Below are positions 28,026 through 35,100 of a stretch of DNA of 64,000 bases, one piece after another. The stretch covers positions 7,343 through 71,342 of IMG/VR virus record IMGVR_UViG_3300045450_000050; one strand, written 5' to 3'. The notes beneath the pieces were generated by a model. The model worked only from the letters and a program-made list of their open reading frames with translations. It did not search any database and was not told the origin of the DNA. Source of the DNA: a virus. Taxonomy: Duplodnaviria; Heunggongvirae; Uroviricota; Caudoviricetes. The translations under genes and the position numbers were made by a program. Within the stretch, counting starts at the first letter, position 1. Every line of letters begins with the position of its first letter.

Positions 28026-28688
28026 TCAGTCGCTGACGATGGGGACCGTGCGCTTGCGGCGGCGGTCCATGCTCACCAGATCGTCCTCGAAGACCTCGCC
28101 CTTGCGGGGAACGAAGGCACCGGGGGCGAGCATGCGGCGTCCCCACTTCGCGAACTGGGCATCCTCGTCGTTGATGATGTTGAGCCAGCTCGTGCCGAAA
28201 CGGTTGAACGTGCGCTTGTAGGCAGGCGTACCGACCTCGATCTCGATCTCCTGCCCGCGATACCAGACATCGCCAAAGGCGGTGAAGCCGTCCTCACGCA
28301 CGTGGAACAGGATCTTCTCGCCAGTGCCACCCACTTGCGAGTTGTCGTAGCGGTTCTCTCGCTCGTCTGCGACGATGGCGGCGGTGTGCATCTGCGCTTC
28401 TTCGTCGTTCAGCGCCTTCAGCTCGGCGACCTGCTCCGGAGAGAGGCCGTCGTACATGTCCATGATGGCGGGGTCGCTGGAGACAGCAGCCTCAGCGCGC
28501 TGTGCGGCGCGCTCGCGCGCTTCGAGCAGTCGCTTCATGGCTGGAGTGAGTACGGCTTCTTCGTCGGCGGGAGCCGACTCGGCTGGTCCTTCGTCGGGTA
28601 CGGGAGTGACTTCCTCCTCGGCGGGCTTGTCGGCGAGAAGGTCGTCGAAGTCGGCGGGGGCGTCCTGGGCGGTGCTGCGTCGGGGCAT
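28026..28688 (-). CDS. hypothetical acidic protein of the head module
   Basis: 220 aa, AAGGAG RBS, own late-promoter motif. Confidence 0.8.
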   Translation of the reverse strand: MPRRSTAQDAPADFDDLLADKPAEEEVTPVPDEGPAESAPADEEAVLTPAMKRLLEARERAAQRAEAAVSSDPAIMDMYDGLSPEQVAELKALNDEEAQMHTAAIVADERENRYDNSQVGGTGEKILFHVREDGFTAFGDVWYRGQEIEIEVGTPAYKRTFNRFGTSWLNIINDEDAQFAKWGRRMLAPGAFVPRKGEVFEDDLVSMDRRRKRTVPIVSD

Positions 28689-28710
28689 TGCTGCGCTCCT
28701 TGGTCGAGAT

Positions 28711-28719
28711 GAGTATCGG
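28711..28719 (-). promoter_or_regulatory. late-promoter motif CCGATACTC
   Basis: Exact 9-mer 22 nt upstream of the 28688 ATG. Confidence 0.7.
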
Positions 28720-28773
28720 CCTTCGTCGAGACCAGAGGTCTCGATTCTAGCGCGTATATGCGAAAACCCGGTG

Positions 28774-28960
28774 TGCTACGATTTCTGGCAGTAGAGCCCC
28801 TGAAAACTCTGACCAGCACGGTAGGGGGAAACGTGCTGGAGCCGCCCTGGGAGGGACAACGGCCACCTGATGTGGTCCCAGGGAGCAGCACTAACGGACG
28901 GTCGTGTGAGAAGGCCCCGAGGTATCCGGACATAGGACGGACCCGGGGCCTTCTTGCTGC
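28774..28960 (+). ncRNA. candidate structured small RNA
   Basis: TGcTACGAT extended -10 at 28774-28782, three stems (28813-28839, 28845-28883, 28909-28954), no credible ORF. Confidence 0.4.
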
Positions 28961-28983
28961 TGTCTTCTGCGTTGGCGTGCAAC

Positions 28984-29013
28984 GGGAAAGGCCCCCTCCC
29001 GAAGGAGAGGGCC
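28984..29013 (-). terminator. intrinsic terminator after major capsid gene
   Basis: Minus strand GGCCCTCTCC-TTCG-GGAGGGGGCC (cUUCGg loop, one G-U) then TTTCCCGTT. Confidence 0.85.
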
Positions 29014-29030
29014 AATCCGGTGGCGTGAGG

Positions 29031-30086
29031 TCAGACGACCGACTTCACGTAGATGAACTGCTCCGGCATCGTGATGACGGGGAGGATGTTCCACTCCAGC
29101 AGGTACTGGCGAGCGGAGGGGTCCTTCTCCTTCCACGTCTTCGCGAACTTGCCCGTGAAGTTCTCGGGAGCCTCGTCGTCCGCGGTGGGGCCGACGAACA
29201 TCTCGATGGGGCGGTTGTCCGTGAAGTTGCCGAGGATGAGAGCGTCGTCCGCGAGGAACAGCGACTCGTCGCCGGGGTTGGTCTGGTTGCCCGTGTAGCC
29301 GGAGCCTGCGGGGTCGTAGACCGCCTCCTGCGGCATCCAGTTGAGGCCCATGAAGCCGGGGAGAACACCCGACTGGAAATACTGGTCCTTCATCCGGTCG
29401 GAGAGGAGAACGCCCGCGCCGAGGCCGGGTGCGGTGGCACCGTTGGCAGCGAAGGAGTTGAAGATGCGCGAGATGGTCTTCTCGGTCGCGTACGCGTCCT
29501 TGGCCTCGACACGACCGTCGCGACGGATCAGACGACGCCATCCGCGGATGTCCTCGATGATCTGGGCGGGAGTCGCCTCGTCCCAACCGACCGTTGGTGT
29601 GTCGATCTTGTGGGAAGGCAGGAACTTGTAGTCGACCTGCGCCTGCACGTCGGGGTAGTCCAGGACCAGCGAGCCGGTGAGGGCCTGCCAGATCAGGAAC
29701 TCCGCGAAGTTGTCGAAGCGCTGGTTGAGGTCGCGGACCTCGCGCAGGACGGCCTCCTCGGCGCGACGGTTGGCCAGGTCGTTGAGCGAGCCTGCTGCCT
29801 GGCGGAGCCAGTGCAGCGTCGTCGGCATGAAGACCTTCTTCTCGCGGAGGTACACGAACGACGCGTTGCCCTGGTCACGACCGAGGCGAGGCACGATGTG
29901 CGCCGCCGAGTTCGGGACGTTGGGCCGCGCGATGGCTCGCGAGCCGCGGATGATCTCCCACTGCACGGAGGGGTAGGGGTGCGGCGTCGTGGGGACGCGG
30001 GAGAGCATGGTCATGGTCTCCGACGCGGTGAAACGTTCCACCACTCCCCGGAGCACCGTGGGCTGGAGAAGCGAGATCTCGGGCAC
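29031..30086 (-). CDS. major capsid protein (HK97 fold, lambda gpE-like family)
   Basis: 351 aa; LTGSLVL, WD..TPAQIIEDI, KTWKEKDPSARQYLLEWNILPV; followed by strong terminator. Confidence 0.9.
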   Translation of the reverse strand: MPEISLLQPTVLRGVVERFTASETMTMLSRVPTTPHPYPSVQWEIIRGSRAIARPNVPNSAAHIVPRLGRDQGNASFVYLREKKVFMPTTLHWLRQAAGSLNDLANRRAEEAVLREVRDLNQRFDNFAEFLIWQALTGSLVLDYPDVQAQVDYKFLPSHKIDTPTVGWDEATPAQIIEDIRGWRRLIRRDGRVEAKDAYATEKTISRIFNSFAANGATAPGLGAGVLLSDRMKDQYFQSGVLPGFMGLNWMPQEAVYDPAGSGYTGNQTNPGDESLFLADDALILGNFTDNRPIEMFVGPTADDEAPENFTGKFAKTWKEKDPSARQYLLEWNILPVITMPEQFIYVKSVV

Positions 30087-30269
30087 GGGATCATTCCTTT
30101 CGTTGCGCCAGAGGCTATTGAAGAGTCAGCGACACCTGGCGGTGCCCGGCCTGCGACCCGGATTGATTACCGGCACTTGTCTGGCCTATCGAGATGTCTT
30201 GCGAGCTACTCGCGGATCGGCTGGGAGTTGAAGCCCAGCCTCACCGTCAGTATCCCGAGAGGGTTCCGA

Positions 30270-30662
30270 TCAGAACTTGAAGTAGCCCTGGATCGGGTCG
30301 ACGCGCGAGCCGAGCACGCCGCCCGAGACGTTGATGCCCGAGTTGGCCGCGGAGACCTTGGCGAACTTCAGGAGGCCCTGGAGGACGATGTTGCCCTGCC
30401 AGACGGCTCCAGCGGGGTTGAGGCCGGTGTCGACGGACTGGCGCAGGACGCCAACCGCATCCGACGCCTGCGTGGCGCGGACGTACTGCTTGGTCGCTGT
30501 GTCACGCTTCAGGAACGTGCCGAGAAGCAGGACACCCTGGCCGGGCTTCAGGGTGACGCCCTTCTGGGTGTAGCCCGCCATCTCGTACATCAGCTCGTCG
30601 TCGATGACTCCGCCACCCGTGCGGTAGCCGGGAGCCGGGATCGCGTTTCCGGTGTACTCCAT
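30270..30662 (-). CDS. head decoration protein (gpD-like)
   Basis: 130 aa; VTLKPGQGVLLLGT..AVGVL; between protease and capsid. Confidence 0.8.
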   Translation of the reverse strand: MEYTGNAIPAPGYRTGGGVIDDELMYEMAGYTQKGVTLKPGQGVLLLGTFLKRDTATKQYVRATQASDAVGVLRQSVDTGLNPAGAVWQGNIVLQGLLKFAKVSAANSGINVSGGVLGSRVDPIQGYFKF

Positions 30663-30710
30663 GATCTGGTTCTCCTTGTCGGAAGGTCTCGGTTACTGAG
30701 AGGTCTTGGG

Positions 30711-31253
30711 TCAGGCCGCGGACGAGGTCTGCATGCTCGACAGACGCTCGATCTCGTCGGCGTACGTCTTGCCGGGCTCTTCGAGGGGCTCTTCGCCCAG
30801 CTCGACCGAGAGGGCCACGACGGGCTTCTCGGGAACCTGCTCCAGGAAGATCTCCTTGTCGAGCTTGCGCAGCTTCAGCATGGAGTCCTTCTTGGCAGGA
30901 AGGATGTAGCCGGTCAGGACGAGCTTGTCGACCTCACGCTCGGCCTCGTTGTCTGCGGCCTCCTGGTGAGCGGTCTCGACCTCGGCCGACAGCGACACGA
31001 TCTTGTCGTGCGCGTTGGTGACGGAGGCGACGAACTCTTCCACGGTCGCGTCGGTGGCGGAGAGAGCGAGAACGCCCTCGTCGGCCTGGAAGGTGCTGGC
31101 GACGGCGCTGGAGAGCGTGACGTACGCGTCGGCCTTGGGGCGCAGGGTGTCGACCTCGGCGCGCAGGGGGCGCAGATCCTCGACCTCGGCGGACAGGGCC
31201 ACCACGTCGAGACCATCGGTCTTCAGGAAGGCGATTGCCTCTTCACGGGTCAT
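30711..31253 (-). CDS. nested scaffolding protein from internal start (180 aa)
   Basis: In-frame ATG at 31253 with GAGGAG 6 nt upstream and CCGATACTC at 31310-31318. Confidence 0.6.
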   Translation of the reverse strand: MTREEAIAFLKTDGLDVVALSAEVEDLRPLRAEVDTLRPKADAYVTLSSAVASTFQADEGVLALSATDATVEEFVASVTNAHDKIVSLSAEVETAHQEAADNEAEREVDKLVLTGYILPAKKDSMLKLRKLDKEIFLEQVPEKPVVALSVELGEEPLEEPGKTYADEIERLSSMQTSSAA

Positions 31254-31829
31254 GGTCTTCTCCTCGGAGATCTCATCGTCGGTGAGGAAGATCACCTCGC
31301 CGTCCTCCGGAGTATCGGCCGACAGCTTGATGACCTCCTCGAACGGGTCCAGGTTGGTCACGTAGGGGCGGTTGGTCACGCACGCATGCAGCAGCGTGGG
31401 GCCCATGTTCTCGCCCGTCTCACGGTTCTCGTGAGCGAGGTTCATGAGCGCCGAAACGCCCAGGAGGGTCTTGCCGAGCTTGTCGGCGTCGTCGGTGCGC
31501 GCGTCGATGTCGACGTACACGCCCTTGTCGTTCTTCGAAACGCCGATGACCTCGCCGATGTTGCGGTCGGGGTCATCGTTGTGCTCGTTGCGTGCGCCTG
31601 CCTTGGGCACGTGCACGATCTCGCCCGACTTCGAGAAGTTCTCGATCAGCTTGTCCGCGAAGGCGTCGTCGATCTTGTACTTCTGACCGTTCTTGTAGCG
31701 GAGGTCGCCGAACTTCAGGATCTGCTTGCGGAAGACGCGGCCGGTGGCCTTCGCAGGCGCAGCGGCAGCAGAAAGCTCGACGAAGCTGTCATCCTTCGGG
31801 CCGCTGACGATAGCAAGTTCGTGTTCCAT
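30711..31829 (-). CDS. capsid maturation protease / scaffold fusion (Mu gpI-like)
   Basis: N-terminal protease-like region (HND, GVSA, LLHACVTNRPYV), C-terminal helical coiled-coil. Confidence 0.82.
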   Translation of the reverse strand: MEHELAIVSGPKDDSFVELSAAAAPAKATGRVFRKQILKFGDLRYKNGQKYKIDDAFADKLIENFSKSGEIVHVPKAGARNEHNDDPDRNIGEVIGVSKNDKGVYVDIDARTDDADKLGKTLLGVSALMNLAHENRETGENMGPTLLHACVTNRPYVTNLDPFEEVIKLSADTPEDGEVIFLTDDEISEEKTMTREEAIAFLKTDGLDVVALSAEVEDLRPLRAEVDTLRPKADAYVTLSSAVASTFQADEGVLALSATDATVEEFVASVTNAHDKIVSLSAEVETAHQEAADNEAEREVDKLVLTGYILPAKKDSMLKLRKLDKEIFLEQVPEKPVVALSVELGEEPLEEPGKTYADEIERLSSMQTSSAA

Positions 31830-31834
31830 GCGAG

Positions 31835-31843
31835 GAGTATCGG
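31835..31843 (-). promoter_or_regulatory. late-promoter motif, leaderless (5 nt before ATG)
   Basis: CCGATACTC-CTCGC-ATG, no SD. Confidence 0.72.
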
Positions 31844-31855
31844 ACCACGCACGCG

Positions 31856-32176
31856 CTAAACGTCTTCGGGGTCCGGAAGCATGTCCGGATCGTCCTCAGC
31901 GGGCTCTGCTGGTCCCTTCGGGCCACCCTCATCCACCGAGTCCTCCTCCACCGCGACCGGGAAGTCTTCAGCCTCCCACTCGTCGTACAGGTCGCTCAGC
32001 TCACGCCGGATGTCGTCGGTGAGGTCTTCGCCATCGCGCAGCTCCAGCAGCAGCTCGTTGATATCCTCGGAGTAGTCGGTGAACTCCGCGTCGAACAAGT
32101 CGTCGGGGTCCTCCGCCACCTTCTCGGCGAATGCCAAGAGCTGGGCCTTGGTGGGCACTTCGTAATCGTCGCTCAT
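31856..32176 (-). CDS. very acidic hypothetical protein
   Basis: 106 aa, Asp/Glu-rich, follows giant protein. Confidence 0.75.
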   Translation of the reverse strand: MSDDYEVPTKAQLLAFAEKVAEDPDDLFDAEFTDYSEDINELLLELRDGEDLTDDIRRELSDLYDEWEAEDFPVAVEEDSVDEGGPKGPAEPAEDDPDMLPDPEDV

Positions 32177-32184
32177 GATCTCTC

Positions 32185-35100
32185 TCAGTTCTGGAAGTAG
32201 TCGTCAAGGTTGCGGAGGCCGTAGTACCACGTCTCGCTCGACTGGTTACCCAGCAGGAGCCAGCCGATGGAGCGGCGTGCGCCGCGGGCGGTCTGTCCGC
32301 TCGCGTCTCGCACTTCGCCGAGGTAGGTCAGCTCACGCCACATGCGGTAGAGGCGGTCATTGCGCTCGTCGAGAGTCAGGTTCTGACGCTCGTTCAGCAG
32401 CTCGGTCATGCGGCGAGACAAGTCCTTCGCCTCGTCCAGGAACTCGGTGTAGTTCGGGAACTCACCACGCTCCGTGCGCTGGACAATCCGGGACAGGTTG
32501 TCGCGCAGCTTCGAGAACGCGGAGAAGTTCTGGACCTCGCGCTGCGGATCAGGGCGGAAGCCACGCCGAATCCAGGTGTGTGCTCCATTCCAGCCTCGGC
32601 TCGACAGACCGTGTACCTCCACCTCGGTGAGGCCGTGCTGGCGGTAGAACGCGAACAGGTGGTCCTGGACGGCAGCGAAGTTCGCGCCTCCCGCGTGCGC
32701 GACAGCGTTCTCGATGCGACCGTTGCCTCGAAGAACACGAGTCATCGAGCCCGACTTGCCGTCCGGAGTCGTGTAGCTGGCCGTGAACATCGCAGGTCCT
32801 GCCGACACGTCGATGACCGTGCCCTCAGGGAGAGCGCCCTTCAGCGCTGCACGGAGGCCCTTCTGAAGCTCACGGATGCCCTCATCAGTGCGTGCCATCG
32901 TCGCCCAGTCCCGGCTGTCTGCCGTGTCGAAACGAACCTCGGGCAGTGCGCGCGGGATGTCGTAACGCTCGACCACGTCCTGGGGGACTCGCGACAGACC
33001 GGCCTGCTCCAGGGTGCGCCCGGCCGAAGCAGTAGCGGTGCGCTGGGTAGGAACGGATGCCGGAGAGTCGCCCAGGAAGGTGTAGGTGCCGGGGCGGAGG
33101 TTGCGGATACGACGACGCTGACCACCAGGCACGCTGGTCAGGTACGTGCCGTCGATGCGCCACATGGTGCCGGTCGACGAGCGCACGAAGCTGTCGCGAG
33201 GCAGGCTCATCAGATCGGTCGGGTCGAAGCTCGCTCCGATCCGACTGTCGGGCATGGTCTGCGCGATGGCAGACACTGGCTCGTCCGGAGCGGTATCGCC
33301 AACAAACGTGAACTGGGCATTGAGGCGCTCGACGACAGGGAAACCGTGGTAGGTCGTGTCACTGCCGAGGCCATGAATGCCAGTTTCCGTGACACGGTAC
33401 TCGCGGCCTGATGCGCCGCGCACGTGCGAGCCCACAGGGGCCTGGCGAATGTCACTGCCTCGGAACGAGCCGCCCTGAGCGAAGCGCGGGTCCCCCGCGG
33501 TCGTCTCTGCCGTACGCGGGGTGCTCGACACATCTGGGACGCGCTCGGCTGGCGCGTCGGGAGTGCTCTCGACGGTGAATCGAGTGTTCCACTCGGCGGG
33601 GTTGCCGCGAACCTGATTGCCTCGCTCGGTGTACCAGCCATCAGCACGTCGCGTGTAGCGCGACGTGCCTCCACTGCGACGGGGATAGAGAATGACCGAA
33701 CCGACCGGCAGCTCTTCGATGCGTGCTGCATCCACCGTCTCCCCGCGGCTAGGCGAGGTGTTTGCCGGTGCAGGCGCTCGTCCCTCCATGTAGGTGTCCG
33801 GGTTGGCCTGCTCGAACGCGCGCACGAACTGCGCCCGCATCGAGACTGATCCGTCGTTGAGCGCCGAGACGCCCTCAGGACCCATCACGTCCTCGATGTA
33901 GTTCAGTACGTCGTTCTTGGCCTGGGCGTCGCGCCACGCGTCTTCCCAACTCATCTGGTCCAGCTCCTGGCGGCGGCTGGGCTCCATCGGGAAGGCACGC
34001 TCAGGAGCTGCGGGTGCCTCAGGCGTGGCAGGAGTGTCGGCCTCGGCGACGCCGTTGCGCTGGTTCCAGGCGCGGGTGAAGGACTGACGGATCGAGCCCT
34101 GCCCGCTGTTCATGCGAGCAATCTCCTCTTCGCCCAGCACCTCGCGGATGTAGGCGACCGAATCCCCCTGCTGGCGAGCGTCCAGGAATGCGTCTCGAAC
34201 ATTGTCGTAGTCGTCCAGCACATCCATGCGGTCGAGAGGCTCTTCGGGAACGGCTACCTCGGGCTCGACGACCTCTTCCGTCACCGGAGCCACGCTGGTG
34301 TCAGGCGCGGGTGCACGCAGGCTGGAACGGTTGTGGAAGGTCTGGCCGTTGCGCTCGTACGTCTCGTCCTCGGGGATGCCGTAGTACCCGGGCTCGCGGC
34401 CTTCAAGCTGCTCGCGCAGCATCTGGCGCAGCAGCTCGCGGTTGCGGCGCTTGTCGTACTGGCGCGCGATGGTCGTCATGGCCCGGCCCTGTCCGTCCTT
34501 GTACCGCTTCATGCGGAAGTAGGACGCGATGGCCACGGCGACGTTGAGGTCCTGGAGGGGCGAGCCCTGGCGTGCGAAGACGCGCTTCAGGATCTTGTCG
34601 GGGTCACCCTGGTCGTCGGACTGCTGCATGTTGTCGAGCACAGCGAGCGCCGTCTTGATGTCGGCAGCAGTCACGTCGATCTGCTCGGGACCCATGTTGG
34701 CCTCGGCGGAGGTGCCCGTCGAGCGCAGCCAGCGACCCAGCGTCACACGACGGTTGAAGTCTTCCAGCGTGAGGTTGTCCGGGATCAGTGTGGAGCCGGG
34801 GTCGGTGTACTCGATACCCAGCTTCTCGGCGGCGAGGCGGATCATGGCGGGCTTATGGCGCGCCGGGTTGCCCTCGACCGAATACTTCTCGATGGCCTTC
34901 TGAGCGAACGCGTCGCGGAACGCCTTCGAGCGGAACGGGCTGTCGTCGGGCAACAGGCTCGTGTTGAAGTACGCCCCCTGCATGGCTCGCGAGGCGACCT
35001 GGCTGGCGATGAACGTGCGCAGGTCGTACTCCGAGACCTTGGGCCCGCCGTCCCATGCCTCGATGGTCTTGTCGCGGCCCCAGTCTGCCCCGAAGATCTT

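Noticed and set aside
28726-28744. Hairpin TCGAGACC-aga-GGTCTCGA as a terminator
   Set aside because: Lies just upstream of the late motif with no U tract on either strand; role unclear
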